Shown: positions 9,335 through 19,649, counted from the stretch's first letter. The stretch: DNA of 64,000 nt from Candidatus Bilamarchaeaceae archaeon (GCA_038870635.1 JAVZJR010000004.1:32001-96000); one strand, 5' to 3'. Notes: generated by a model not told the origin, from the sequence alone. Numbers and translations are program-made.

Positions 9335-10078
9335 GTGGATATGGCTACCATGGCTTTTTCAAATAATGTTAGAAAAGAGGGAGAAAAACAGTTGAGTTTA
9401 TCAAATAAGCTAAAACCACAGTTAAAAAGATTAAAGGAGAAAATAGAGGAAATACCTTCTCGTTTGTCAAATAATTTCAAAAAAGTATTATTCTTTACTT
9501 TTGCGTCAGCTGTCCTTACCTTTTCTTGTGGTAAAGAAGAAAAAAATAAAGGTTGGCCACCAAGCGGATATGCTGATCTTTGCGTACCGCCTTCTGGAGA
9601 AATCCAAAAAATATGCGATGATGAAAATATAAAAACAGTGTATCTCGCCAATGTCCCAGAAGTTTTTGGTAATGATATGAGTGCTAAAAATTGTGAGGAA
9701 GTAGTTTTTAAGGGGAATATAAATGATTCTCCATATGAAGAATCTTCTAGATTTTGCGCTTGTAGAAATTGGTTGGAGAGAATGAATGGCGACCCAACAA
9801 ATTGTGTTTATAGTTTAGATAAAACGTGTGATAAAAACTTCGGCGCAAGTGTAGCTGTTGGTGTGCCTGGAAGCACGACAATAAAAGTTCGAGACAACCA
9901 GGATATATTTTTATATCACGACGCGTACACTGTTGTTGTTTGTAGGGCCGCAGGCTCTAAGTGCGAGGACGAAAGCGTTTCACCTAATATCCCCCCTTTG
10001 AATACTTTTTGCGAGAATATTCTGCTAGAAGTTAAGTTTGTTCCTGCAGAAGGGTTCAAAGAGACTTCAAAAAAATAA
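9335..10078 (+). CDS. Hypothetical Cys-rich putative lipoprotein
   Basis: Hydrophobic stretch ending in LTFSC after a charged leader; many Cys. Confidence 0.6.
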   Translation: MDMATMAFSNNVRKEGEKQLSLSNKLKPQLKRLKEKIEEIPSRLSNNFKKVLFFTFASAVLTFSCGKEEKNKGWPPSGYADLCVPPSGEIQKICDDENIKTVYLANVPEVFGNDMSAKNCEEVVFKGNINDSPYEESSRFCACRNWLERMNGDPTNCVYSLDKTCDKNFGASVAVGVPGSTTIKVRDNQDIFLYHDAYTVVVCRAAGSKCEDESVSPNIPPLNTFCENILLEVKFVPAEGFKETSKK

Positions 10079-10211
10079 GTTTGTTTTGTTTGCTTTTCTA
10101 TGGGGGAAGTTGCTACCTCTTTTAAAATCTTTTGTTTTATTTTAGGTATGGAGAGAGATGAGAAAAGGGATTTTGTTTCTCATTCTGAATTTTTAATTTA
10201 GAGGTGTAAAA

Positions 10212-10841
10212 ATGGATAGAAGAATTGTTTTGCCAGGTGAAAAGATAGCCGAAGGCAAGTTTAGGATTCCTAATACCTATGTAGAAGGAGAAAATATCTA
10301 TGCTACGCTCGTTGGTTTTATTGATGAAAACAATCGATATGTACCAATAGAAAAAAGGTACAAACCAGAACCAGGCGAGCTTGTTGTGGGTGTTGTTACA
10401 GATGCTAGACATGCTGGTTATAGCGTAGATTTAAACTTACCTACAGAAGGTTTTATATCTACAAAATTTATGCACGCGACTCTTATGCTTGGTGATATGG
10501 TAATTGCTAGAATTCGTTCTATAGAGAGAAATGGTGTTATTGAATTGACTGATATTAAGAGACTGCCAAAAGGGAAAATAGTAACTTTTCCATCAGCTAA
10601 AGTGCCACGTTTAGTGGGAAAGCAAAATAGCATGCTTGATATAATAAAAAAATACGGTGGCGGGGATGTTGTTGTAGGTACTAATGGATATGTATGGATA
10701 AGTGAAAAGGCGAATATCCCCTTAATACTTAAGGTAATGGAACTTATAGAAGAGAAAGCGCATAAGCGCGGCTTAACAGATAGAGTTGTAGACTTCTTTG
10801 AGAAAGAGAAGGCTGCGAGAGCGCAAGGTAAGGTGGTATAA
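10212..10841 (+). CDS. rrp4: Exosome RNA-binding subunit Rrp4
   Basis: VLPGE start, S1 and KH domains (VPRLVGK, GTNGYVW); precedes rrp41/rrp42. Confidence 0.93.
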   Translation: MDRRIVLPGEKIAEGKFRIPNTYVEGENIYATLVGFIDENNRYVPIEKRYKPEPGELVVGVVTDARHAGYSVDLNLPTEGFISTKFMHATLMLGDMVIARIRSIERNGVIELTDIKRLPKGKIVTFPSAKVPRLVGKQNSMLDIIKKYGGGDVVVGTNGYVWISEKANIPLILKVMELIEEKAHKRGLTDRVVDFFEKEKAARAQGKVV

Positions 10842-11581
10842 TGGGCGCAAAATCTGACGTGAAGCTTATTGTTAATGGAAAGAGAATAGATGGAAGAAGT
10901 TCTGTTGATTTAAGAAAAATAAGAATAGAAGTTGGTGTTATACCTGAGGCTGATGGCTCAGCTTATATAGAGTGGGGCGGAAATAAAATACTATGCGGTG
11001 TGCATGGACCACGTGAATGTATTCCACATCATGAGGCAAATCCATTTAGAGCAATAATAAAATGTAGGTATATGATGTCACCTTTTGCTTCTTTAGAAGA
11101 ACATGGAAAAAGCGGGCCCAGTCGTAGAAGTGTAGAACTCTCAAAAGTTATACGTGAAGTTTTTGAGAATCTTATAATAGCAGAAGAATTTCCAAATACA
11201 GAAATAAACATATACATAGATGTTTTGCAAGCGGAAGGCGGTACCAGGACTGCCTCAATAACAGCAGCGGCAGTGGCTCTTGCCAATGCGGGTATACCAC
11301 TGCGTGATCTTGTTTCAGCAGTATCTGTTGGTAAGGCTGATGGCGAGCTTATTGTAGACCTTGGAAAGTTAGAAGACAATTTCGGCCAATCCGATATGCC
11401 GCTTGCCTTTTCTGCACGAGACAAAAAGATCTTGCTTTTGCAAATGGACGGTCTCTTAACAAAAGAAGAGATAAAAAGAATAATTGAATTGGCAGAAGAA
11501 GCATCTTCTAAAATTAATAAAATTCAAAAAGATGCACTTCAAAGGTACTATTATGAAGAAGAAAGAGATTTTGTTCTATGA
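10841..11581 (+). CDS. rrp41: Exosome catalytic subunit Rrp41
   Basis: RIDGR, ADGSAYIEWG and LQAEGGTRTA RNase PH motifs. Confidence 0.96.
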   Translation: MGAKSDVKLIVNGKRIDGRSSVDLRKIRIEVGVIPEADGSAYIEWGGNKILCGVHGPRECIPHHEANPFRAIIKCRYMMSPFASLEEHGKSGPSRRSVELSKVIREVFENLIIAEEFPNTEINIYIDVLQAEGGTRTASITAAAVALANAGIPLRDLVSAVSVGKADGELIVDLGKLEDNFGQSDMPLAFSARDKKILLLQMDGLLTKEEIKRIIELAEEASSKINKIQKDALQRYYYEEERDFVL

Positions 11582-11590
11582 GGTGTTTAT

Positions 11591-12382
11591 ATGGGTACTG
11601 AAATAAAAGAAATGGTTATGCAAAAAATGCGCGCCGAAGTAATGACTGATCTTTTAGATAGAGGAGAAAGGCTTGATGGTAGGGAATTTGATGAGTATAG
11701 GCCAATAAAAATACAAAAAAATCCCATAACAACAGCAGATGGGTCTGCATATGTGCGTATTGGTAATACTCAAGTTTTAGCTGCTGTTAAATTCGAAGTG
11801 GTTGCTCCTTTTCCTGATCGCCCAAAGGAGGGTGCTTTGATTATGAACGCAGAACACTTGCCAGTTGCCAATCCTTCATTTGAAGCAGGGCCGCCAGATG
11901 AAAAATCCATCGAGATGGCAAGAACTGTTGATCGCGCTATAAGAAGTTCGGAAGCAATAGATTTAAATGAACTTTTCATAGAAGATGGAAAAGTTCTCGG
12001 TATCTTTGTAGATCTTTATGTTCTTGACCACGCAGGAAATTATACAGATGCAGCAACATTAGCCGCAACTGCTGCCTTGTTAAATACAAAAATGCCAAAA
12101 ATTGAGGGCGGAGTTATAATAAGGGGGGAATACAAAGACTATTTGAAGCTAAGGGCATTGCCACTATCGACTACTTTCATAAGGGTAGGGAGACATTGGC
12201 TTGTTGATCCAACTGAATACGAGGAGAAAGTGCTTAATACTCGTCTTACAATTGCGACAACAGAAGAGCACGTTTGCGCTATGCAAAAAGCAGAAGGATG
12301 GGTTACGAAAGATGAGCTTCTTGAAAGAATAGATGTAGCATTTAAAAAAGGTTCTGAACTAAGAAAATTACTTACTATATAG
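11591..12382 (+). CDS. rrp42: Exosome subunit Rrp42
   Basis: RLDGREFDEYR, PFPDRP and FEAGPPDE motifs. Confidence 0.96.
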   Translation: MGTEIKEMVMQKMRAEVMTDLLDRGERLDGREFDEYRPIKIQKNPITTADGSAYVRIGNTQVLAAVKFEVVAPFPDRPKEGALIMNAEHLPVANPSFEAGPPDEKSIEMARTVDRAIRSSEAIDLNELFIEDGKVLGIFVDLYVLDHAGNYTDAATLAATAALLNTKMPKIEGGVIIRGEYKDYLKLRALPLSTTFIRVGRHWLVDPTEYEEKVLNTRLTIATTEEHVCAMQKAEGWVTKDELLERIDVAFKKGSELRKLLTI

Positions 12383-12392
12383 GTGCTTACTT

Positions 12393-12632
12393 ATGAGAAG
12401 CGAGAAGTATGGAGCAAGGATTAGAAAATTATATGATGCTGCCATAAAGGCAAAAAACACACGCTATGAATGCCCAAAATGCCACAAGAAGAATCTTAGA
12501 AGGAAAGGAACTGCCTTGTGGGAATGTAAATCTTGCGAAGCGAGATTTGCCGGCGGCGCATATTCTTTTAGGACAGAAGTTGGTGAAATAGCATGCAGAT
12601 TGATTAGTGAGTATTCAAATATAAAACAATAG
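12393..12632 (+). CDS. rpl37ae: 50S ribosomal protein eL43 (L37ae)
   Basis: KYGARIRK, CPKC...WECKSC, FAGGAY. Confidence 0.95.
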   Translation: MRSEKYGARIRKLYDAAIKAKNTRYECPKCHKKNLRRKGTALWECKSCEARFAGGAYSFRTEVGEIACRLISEYSNIKQ

Positions 12633-12640
12633 GTGTTTTT

Positions 12641-12778
12641 ATGCCCGAATACAAGGACCAAAAAACTGGAGAAGTTGTAAAAATATCAATCGAAAAGGGT
12701 TTCAAGTTTCCAGCAACCGGTGCGAAGGTACTCTTAAAATCAAGACCACCAGTAGCAAAGGAGGTTAGTACTGATTGA
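12641..12778 (+). CDS. rpoP: RNA polymerase subunit Rpo12 (RpoP), Cys-free variant
   Basis: Manual 45-aa ORF MPEYKDQKTGEVV...FKFPATGAKVLLKSRPPVAKEVSTD after an AGGTG SD, in the conserved slot after rpl37ae; C-terminus matches Rpo12. Confidence 0.8.
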   Translation: MPEYKDQKTGEVVKISIEKGFKFPATGAKVLLKSRPPVAKEVSTD

Positions 12779-13014
12779 TAGTTACAACATCAAGGTACGC
12801 GTCGTCCCGAGTTCGAAAAGAAGCGATTGAATTCGCTAATAATAAAAAAGCACTCTATATTGCGAGAGGAAAGAGAACGATAAATTCTATTGTTGATTTA
12901 GCTTGGAGAAAAGGGCATCATTTAATAATCATTTTTAGGGAGAAAAATGGAAAAGTAGCAGGATTTGATGAGATTGAGATAGATCAATGGGGTGACTGGA
13001 AGTGGAAAAAATGA
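12775..13014 (+). CDS. Short Brix-domain ribosome biogenesis protein
   Basis: IVTTSR..S...RGK motif; conserved position between rpoP and pcc1. Confidence 0.7.
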   Translation: MIVTTSRYASSRVRKEAIEFANNKKALYIARGKRTINSIVDLAWRKGHHLIIIFREKNGKVAGFDEIEIDQWGDWKWKK

Positions 13015-13274
13015 AGTACTCGTCCGAGATTAAAGTGCTTTGCAGCGATGAAGAAGAAGCGAATAATATTATGGCAAGTATTTCTCATGAAGGTAAAGGA
13101 AGTGATAGAGCAACTGCAAGAGTGAGCAGAAAAGGAAAAGAAATATCAATTAATATTGTTTCTGCAGACGCTACCGCTCTACGCGCTTTTATCAACAGCT
13201 TCTTAAGAGACCTTCAAGCTATTGAAGGAGTGGAGGCAACCGCTTCTACTTGCTCTAACAAAGATGTTTTATAA
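13002..13274 (+). CDS. pcc1: KEOPS subunit Pcc1
   Basis: ADATALRAFINSFLR motif; synteny. Confidence 0.9.
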   Translation: MEKMKYSSEIKVLCSDEEEANNIMASISHEGKGSDRATARVSRKGKEISINIVSADATALRAFINSFLRDLQAIEGVEATASTCSNKDVL

Positions 13275-13313
13275 TATATTCTTTTGATTATTATGATTGT
13301 TTGAGGTGTTTAA

Positions 13314-13667
13314 ATGGCAGATAAAGAAGATGCAGAGTTTGGTAAATCACTTGCAGAATATGAAAATCTTGAAAAGCAACTGGAAGTTGTTTTAATACAG
13401 AAAAACCAACTTTCCTTGCAGATAGCCGAGGCTAAGAATGCGCTTGAGGAATTAAAAGATGCGAAAGGAGAGGTTTATCGTTCTGTTGGTTCTTTGATAC
13501 TGAAGACAACAAAAGAAGAAGCAGAGAAAAAACTAAAAGAAAGATTAGAGCTTATGGAAGTGAAGCATAAGGCAATATCAAAAGAGGAAGAAAGACTAAA
13601 AGAAGCAGTCCTTAAACTTCAACAAACGCTAAAAGAAAAGATGGAGAAGTATGAGAAAAAATCTTAA
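13314..13667 (+). CDS. pfdB: Prefoldin beta subunit
   Basis: Coiled coils flanking VYRSVGSLI hairpin. Confidence 0.93.
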   Translation: MADKEDAEFGKSLAEYENLEKQLEVVLIQKNQLSLQIAEAKNALEELKDAKGEVYRSVGSLILKTTKEEAEKKLKERLELMEVKHKAISKEEERLKEAVLKLQQTLKEKMEKYEKKS

Positions 13668-14607
13668 TGAGATTATCGCATATCTCAGAGATAAGAAAAT
13701 TTTGCTTACTTCTCATCGGAAGCCAGATATAGATTCAGTTGTTTCTCTTTTTGTGTTAAAAGAACTTTTACCTAATGCGGTTATTGCCTTGACAAGCGAG
13801 AAAGACGAGAGCGCAAAAAATTTAATTGACTATCTTGGTTTAGAATTTGAGGATTTAAATAAAATAAATCTTAGCGACTTTGATGGCTTAGTTGTTGCAG
13901 ATACATCATCCACTACCCTTGTGCCTATTGCAAAAGAAGCAAAAATTTTTCTTCTAATAGACCACCACCAAGCAGAGGGCAGAGACATAAAAGCAGATTT
14001 TGAAATAATAGATTCTCAAGCCACAGCTACTTCTGAAATAATCGCCATTCTTCTCGAAGATGCTGGAATGCTTGATAAGATTTCAAAAAAAGCAATCTTT
14101 GCGCTTTGTTGCGGGATTGTTTTTGATAGTGCTCGTTTTAAATCTGCGAGAGCACAGACTTTCAAGATACTATCTAAACTAATGGAATTAGCTGAAGAAA
14201 GTTATGAAAAGATAAGGGAATACGCAGAACCACCACGGAGAAGAGATGAACAACTTGCGATATTGCGTGGTTTTCAAAGATTAGAAATATACGAAATAAA
14301 TGGGTATGTAATAGCCACAAGCAATGTTGGAAGCAACGCAAGCGACACTGCATCCTTTTTAGCAGAGGTAGCTCATGTTTCTTTTGTTGCTGAATTTAAA
14401 GAGAAGGAGAACGAAACTCGTCTTTCTGCTCGTGCGGCCCATACTTTTCCCCTGCCTCTAAACGAGATTGCTGCACGCGCTGCTGATAAAATCGGGGGAA
14501 AAGGAGGGGGGCATAAAAAAGCAGCAGGCCTCTCAGTTAAAAATAAAAAACCATCAGAAGTTTTAAAGGCGTGTTTAGATGTTTTAAAAGAAGTATTTTC
14601 TAATTAA
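13651..14607 (+). CDS. DHH/DHHA1 family phosphoesterase
   Basis: HRKPDID, IDHH and GGGHKKAAG motifs. Confidence 0.92.
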   Translation: MRKNLNEIIAYLRDKKILLTSHRKPDIDSVVSLFVLKELLPNAVIALTSEKDESAKNLIDYLGLEFEDLNKINLSDFDGLVVADTSSTTLVPIAKEAKIFLLIDHHQAEGRDIKADFEIIDSQATATSEIIAILLEDAGMLDKISKKAIFALCCGIVFDSARFKSARAQTFKILSKLMELAEESYEKIREYAEPPRRRDEQLAILRGFQRLEIYEINGYVIATSNVGSNASDTASFLAEVAHVSFVAEFKEKENETRLSARAAHTFPLPLNEIAARAADKIGGKGGGHKKAAGLSVKNKKPSEVLKACLDVLKEVFSN

Positions 14608-15333
14608 TTACTTTTTATCTTCATCTTTTTGTTTGTTTCTTTTTTCTTTCTCTTCCTGATATTTCAGTTCATCCTCAAACATTTTTCTTATAAATTCATC
14701 TCGATTATTTTTATTTACATTTTTTCCATACAAATTTTTGATTTCTTTATTAAGGTCTTCTTTATTCTTTTCAGGTGAATGAATTATAACAAAATGACTA
14801 TTCCACAACATTAAGATATACACCGTATATTTTTTTCCGTTTATTCCTTTTCCTTCTATATACAATTGGCTACTTTTTTCCTCATCTGCTTGTAAGTTAA
14901 ACTTCCCGTTTTTAAGTATTACTGGTGAGCTACATACAATTTCGTTGCTGCCATCTATTCCATCATACAAAATTTTACCATTTTTTGTGAGCAAAAAAAT
15001 TCCTTTTTTGTAAGCTAATGCGCTTATGATTTTTTCTTTTACATTTTTGTCTTTTAATGAAGCGTACTCTTCCTTACCATTATTGTTTATTACAATTCCG
15101 TAACTTATTTTATGGGGAGTTATCGTTATCCTAAATTTAAGCCCGTTTTTTTCTATTTGCGTAGTGTGATTATTTTTTACTATAACAGAGAAAATACCCT
15201 CCTGGATATTATCTTCTTTAAGCACTTCTTTTCGTTGGAACGTAATTTCGTTTTTATTAAGCTGTGAGAGTGCTTGCTGTTGATTGATGAAAAGAAGAGT
15301 CGCGATTGTAGCTGCAAAAAGTTTTGTTCGCAT
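14608..15333 (-). CDS. Hypothetical secreted protein
   Basis: Likely start MRTKLFAATIATLLFI (signal-peptide-like); the upstream part of the tracked ORF is antisense to the dehydrogenase gene. Confidence 0.65.
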   Translation of the reverse strand: MRTKLFAATIATLLFINQQQALSQLNKNEITFQRKEVLKEDNIQEGIFSVIVKNNHTTQIEKNGLKFRITITPHKISYGIVINNNGKEEYASLKDKNVKEKIISALAYKKGIFLLTKNGKILYDGIDGSNEIVCSSPVILKNGKFNLQADEEKSSQLYIEGKGINGKKYTVYILMLWNSHFVIIHSPEKNKEDLNKEIKNLYGKNVNKNNRDEFIRKMFEDELKYQEEKEKRNKQKDEDKK

Positions 15334-15444
15334 TTTCTTACCATTTTTATTTATTGTTATAAAGTATTTAAAAACCTGTTTGCTTTTAACATAAGTTTTT
15401 AAGGCTTGGTTATAAAAATATTTCAACAAATTTTTTACTAGGAG

Positions 15445-16560
15445 ATGACTACTATGAGAAAGGAAGATGTCTTTGGGTTTGAGAAGGTAGTAGAAGTTTA
15501 CGACCAGAAAACTGGTATGGAAGGTGTTTGTGTTATTCACAACACTGCGCGCGGGCCTGGAAAAGGCGGCATACGGATGGTGCCAGACGTTACAGTAGAG
15601 GAAGTAATGGGTCTTGCGCGAGCAATGACTTGGAAAAATGCTATGGCCGACCTTCCTTTTGGTGGTGCGAAAAGTGGAATAAAAGCAGACCCAACGAAAC
15701 TCACTCCTGCTCAAAAAGAGACTATTGTTCGAGCTTTCGCCAGAAAAATATCCGAATTGATGCCTGAGCAATATATAGCAGGGCCAGATATGAATATGAC
15801 AGAAAAAGAGATGGCGTATATCGCAGACGAGTGCAAAGATAACCGCGTCGTTACTGGAAAGCCCTCTGAGCTGGGCGGTCTTCCTCACGAATTAGGAAGC
15901 ACTGGTTATGGTGTTGCCCTTGCAACTAAGGTTGCTGTCGAGCACGATGGCAAAAATCTTAGTGGTATGAAAGTTGCAATAGAGGGGTTTGGTAATGTTG
16001 GTACCTTTACAATGAAATTTTTAACAGAATGGGGGGCTACGGTGGTGGCAGTTTCAGATTCTAAAGGAACTATCTATAATGAAAAAGGTTTAGATTATCA
16101 TAAACTGATGGAAACCAAAGCAACAAAAAAGACTGTAACTGCTTATTCTGATGGAAAAGTTCTTGATGCGAAAGCACTTTTCGAATTAGATTGTGACATT
16201 CTTATACCTGGAGCTCGTCCTAATGTTATAACAATGAGCAACTATGAAAAAGTTAAAGCAAAATACATCTCAGAAGCAGCTAATCTGCCGATACCACACG
16301 ATGTAGAATTGCTTTTAGCAAAAAAAGGAAAAGTTGTTCTGCCTGATTTTGTTGCTAATGCTGGCGGTGTTATAAGCAGTTGGTGCGAAACAGAAGGAAT
16401 GAGCCCAACTGAGATGTTCTCTGTTGTGAAGGATAAAATAGAGAAAAACACAAAAATAATGTTAGAACGTGCAAAGAACCTTGAAACAAGAAAAGCTGCA
16501 ATGGAAATAGCAAAAGAGAGAGTGGAAAGTGCGATGAGGTATAGGGGCTGGATAGCGTGA
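15445..16560 (+). CDS. gdhA: Glu/Leu/Phe/Val dehydrogenase (probable glutamate dehydrogenase)
   Basis: GPGKGGIR, LPFGGAKSG, GFGNVG and PDFVANAGGV motifs. Confidence 0.9.
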   Translation: MTTMRKEDVFGFEKVVEVYDQKTGMEGVCVIHNTARGPGKGGIRMVPDVTVEEVMGLARAMTWKNAMADLPFGGAKSGIKADPTKLTPAQKETIVRAFARKISELMPEQYIAGPDMNMTEKEMAYIADECKDNRVVTGKPSELGGLPHELGSTGYGVALATKVAVEHDGKNLSGMKVAIEGFGNVGTFTMKFLTEWGATVVAVSDSKGTIYNEKGLDYHKLMETKATKKTVTAYSDGKVLDAKALFELDCDILIPGARPNVITMSNYEKVKAKYISEAANLPIPHDVELLLAKKGKVVLPDFVANAGGVISSWCETEGMSPTEMFSVVKDKIEKNTKIMLERAKNLETRKAAMEIAKERVESAMRYRGWIA

Positions 16561-17144
16561 AGATTGTTATCATTGACAATGGCTCGCAATACACTCATTT
16601 GATAAAGAGAGGTTATCGCGATCTTGGTCATGCACCAGAAATAATAAACACAAAAATTCGCTATTCCGAAGTAGAGGAGGTTGTACGGAGTGCGGATGCT
16701 GTTATCCTTTCAGGAGGCCCGAACTCCGTATACTTAGAGAAAGAAGAAACACTTTCGCGTACAATTGTAAGTAAAATAAGAGATGGCGAACTTAAAAAAC
16801 CGTTATTGGGTATATGTTACGGCCATCAAATGATAGGATATGTATGGGGCGCACCAGTGGCAAAAGGGCAAAGTGCAGAATATGGTGTTTGCGAGATTTT
16901 TGTCGACGAAGAGAATACTCTTTTCAGTGGTTTGCCAAAAAAGTTTAAGGCTTGGGTTTCTCACTACGATGAGGTTAAGGAAATTCCAAAAGGATTTCGT
17001 GTTCTTGCCCATTCTTCTAATTGTAAAATAGAAGCTATGGCAAACGAGGAGAAAAAAGTCTACGGAGTTCAGTTTCATCCAGAGGTTTGGCATACCGAAA
17101 ACGGGGAAAAAATTCTTCAAAACTTTTTGAAAATTATAGATTGA
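16557..17144 (+). CDS. guaAA: GMP synthase glutamine amidotransferase subunit A
   Basis: GSQYTHLI, GICYGHQ and QFHPE class I GATase triad. Confidence 0.9.
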   Translation: MKIVIIDNGSQYTHLIKRGYRDLGHAPEIINTKIRYSEVEEVVRSADAVILSGGPNSVYLEKEETLSRTIVSKIRDGELKKPLLGICYGHQMIGYVWGAPVAKGQSAEYGVCEIFVDEENTLFSGLPKKFKAWVSHYDEVKEIPKGFRVLAHSSNCKIEAMANEEKKVYGVQFHPEVWHTENGEKILQNFLKIID

Positions 17145-17148
17145 TTTT

Positions 17149-17697
17149 ATGTGGAAAGAGTTTAAAAAACAAAAATTAGCTGCTCTAAAAAAAGCAATTC
17201 ACTTAGGGAAGGTAGATGAAGGGATAATCCCATTGCTCAATGAGATTAACAAGTATGAAAACTTAGTAACGACTTCTTCATGCTTTGGGCGAATAGTACT
17301 TTTAGAATTCGATCTTAAAGAAAGAAAAGCTACTGCTGAATTTTATAGAAAATGGCACAGGGAAGTAAGCGTAGAAGAAGTAGAGGCTGCTGTTTCTGAA
17401 TATAATAAAAAATTACCATTATGGTTTAAGGTTGAGCCGTTTATTCTTCATGTTTCTGCTGCAGACTACAAATCTGCGGAATGGTTTCTAAAAGTCGCAA
17501 GAGCCGCTGGTGTGAAGCGTGGTGGTATACAAGGCACTAATAAGGGAAAAGTAGCAATAGAAATCCAAGGAACAGTATGGATGTCCTTTCCAATTGATTG
17601 CGTCACGGCCAAATGGAAAGAAGTTGTGAACGTTGCTAATAAAATGGTGCAAATAAATTTTTTACAATTAAAAAAATTAGAAAAGCTTTTAAAATAA
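17149..17697 (+). CDS. taw3: tRNA wyosine-derivative methyltransferase Taw3/Tyw3
   Basis: VDEGI..LL..IN, TTSSCFGRI, KWH and PFILHV motifs. Confidence 0.9.
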   Translation: MWKEFKKQKLAALKKAIHLGKVDEGIIPLLNEINKYENLVTTSSCFGRIVLLEFDLKERKATAEFYRKWHREVSVEEVEAAVSEYNKKLPLWFKVEPFILHVSAADYKSAEWFLKVARAAGVKRGGIQGTNKGKVAIEIQGTVWMSFPIDCVTAKWKEVVNVANKMVQINFLQLKKLEKLLK

Positions 17698-17729
17698 ACT
17701 AAACAAAAAGTTATTAATGGGGTTTTTGT

Positions 17730-18548
17730 ATGTTTAAGCAAAAAATAAAAAAAGAGCCACAACAACGTAGGGATATTGTTTTTAAAAAATTTGAGCCATT
17801 AATAGAATATAAATTAACAAAATTAGAACAAAGAATAGTTAAGATATTGCTTACTGCTGATGAACATCGCTGCCTAGACTTTTTGGAGGAAGTAATGAAA
17901 AAGGGCAAGGAAGAAGGCGCCCAGCTTGCCCTCAGTCTTGGCGATGGAGAGGTGACCTCAGCTAAATATGTAGAATTAGCAAAAAAGTTTGGTTTAGATG
18001 GTATAACTTTAGAGATGCTTTTTAAAAGATGTGTGGATGCTGATAATACAATAGATATAAAGAAGTTAGTTATGTATGGGGGCCTTTTACCTTTTCACTA
18101 CTTTAGTGACAGTATTATATCTGCTGGTTGGTGGGGCGTGCAGGATTCGCAAGATTCGGTAGAAATTAAATTACCATACCGGCATTTGGATTATTTGTCA
18201 ACTATACCGACATTGCTTCTTTTAAAAGGACATGATCATGCGGCATATGTGGGAAAATTGAAAGCAAAGACAACAAGAGAAGTTTTTAGGGGAAATGTAA
18301 TTCCTCCTAAATTTTTGCTTGATAGAATTGGACCACTCGAGGATAAGAATAATAATATTGACTTTTTGTTTTATGTGTATGAATTTACCGAAATGCCTCC
18401 TCGTAGTTCATACCAAATCAATATTAAAAAAAGCAAAGGCGGTATTTATGTAATTAATCCTGGTCCTCTTCTTTCTGACAAGCGATATGGTTTGTTGACT
18501 CTTGATGAATCTCAATACATAATACAACTAAAATTTCTTCCCTCCTAA
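17730..18548 (+). CDS. Hypothetical protein
   Basis: 272-aa ORF filling the interval; no motif recognised. Confidence 0.65.
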   Translation: MFKQKIKKEPQQRRDIVFKKFEPLIEYKLTKLEQRIVKILLTADEHRCLDFLEEVMKKGKEEGAQLALSLGDGEVTSAKYVELAKKFGLDGITLEMLFKRCVDADNTIDIKKLVMYGGLLPFHYFSDSIISAGWWGVQDSQDSVEIKLPYRHLDYLSTIPTLLLLKGHDHAAYVGKLKAKTTREVFRGNVIPPKFLLDRIGPLEDKNNNIDFLFYVYEFTEMPPRSSYQINIKKSKGGIYVINPGPLLSDKRYGLLTLDESQYIIQLKFLPS

Positions 18549-18667
18549 GCCCAAGAAGTATGTTTAAAACACCGATATATTTATATGTTTTACAGCTTAA
18601 TATATAACGAGTAAAATAACTAAAATCTTAAATCAAAATACTCAAAAAATATACCGAGGTGAAACAT

Positions 18668-18976
18668 ATGACAGAAGCAAATGAACAAAAAACCACAGCA
18701 CCACAAAAAACAGACAATGTAATTTTTGTGGGCAAAAAGGGCGCGATGGGTTATGTACTCGCTGTTGTTACTCAGTTCAACAACGGCGCTAAGGAAGTGA
18801 CAATAAAGGCAAGAGGAAAACTTATCTCAAGAGCCGTTGATGTGGCAGAGATTGTAAGGCACAGATTTGTACCTGACTCGAAGATTGATAGAATAAACAT
18901 CTCCACAGAGGAGCTTACATCAGAAGATGGGTCAAAGAGTAAAGTATCTGCTATAGAAATTGTATTGAAAAAATAA
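18668..18976 (+). CDS. albA: Chromatin protein Alba
   Basis: [23 protein letters not shown] and VSAIEI motifs. Confidence 0.96.
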   Translation: MTEANEQKTTAPQKTDNVIFVGKKGAMGYVLAVVTQFNNGAKEVTIKARGKLISRAVDVAEIVRHRFVPDSKIDRINISTEELTSEDGSKSKVSAIEIVLKK

Positions 18977-19014
18977 ATTTTTTTTCTTTTTCTTATTTTT
19001 TTTAAGTTGATTAA

Positions 19015-19629
19015 ATGAAAATATTAGATCGTGATGGAATAATATCTGCTGCGATCTTGGGATTTTTGATAACTTATTTCGGAGGCTTTGATTATCTATT
19101 TTTTATGTTTCTTTTTCTTTTTTTAGGAGTTATTGTGACAAGATATGAGCAACAGGTAAAGAAAGATATGGGCCTTTACGAGCATGAGAGAGGGGTAGAA
19201 AATGTTCTATCGAATGGTTTAGGCCCAACTCTATTCGCTATTTTTTCACCGCAATTTGGTCCTATCCCTTTTTTGGCTTCTGTTGCAGCAGTTACTTCAG
19301 ACACTTTCGCTTCAGAGATAGGCGTGCTTGGTAAGTCCGACCCGATATTCCTCGGAAATCTTAAAAAAGCAAAACCAGGCACAAATGGTGCTGTCAGTAG
19401 TCTGGGGACAGTTGCTTCTGCAGTTGGCGCAATGTTGATTGGTGCTTTTGGAATGTTTGTTTTTAACCTAAACGCTAAGCAAGCATTTTTTATTGGGTTG
19501 GCCGGTTTTATTGGTTCTCTTGTTGATACACTAGTCGGGATACTTGAGGAGCGCGGCATTGGAACAAAGGGTACTACGAATTTTATTTGCTCTATTACAG
19601 GTGGTTTTTTAGGTTTATTAATAAGATAA
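19015..19629 (+). CDS. DUF92 / TMEM19 family membrane protein
   Basis: RGVENVLSNG, SDTFASEIG and PGTNGAVS motifs. Confidence 0.9.
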   Translation: MKILDRDGIISAAILGFLITYFGGFDYLFFMFLFLFLGVIVTRYEQQVKKDMGLYEHERGVENVLSNGLGPTLFAIFSPQFGPIPFLASVAAVTSDTFASEIGVLGKSDPIFLGNLKKAKPGTNGAVSSLGTVASAVGAMLIGAFGMFVFNLNAKQAFFIGLAGFIGSLVDTLVGILEERGIGTKGTTNFICSITGGFLGLLIR

Positions 19630-19649
19630 TTCTCTTTTGGTGATTTTAT

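Noticed and set aside
10154..10188. Hairpin ATGAGAAA/TTTCTCAT with a nearby CTGA upstream of rrp4 as a C/D or K-turn element
   Set aside because: No proper box C or 3-nt bulge geometry; a simple AT-rich stem
14608..15888. 426-aa ORF as tracked
   Set aside because: The 5' part is the antisense shadow of the dehydrogenase gene and the intergenic region; the real gene likely starts at 15333
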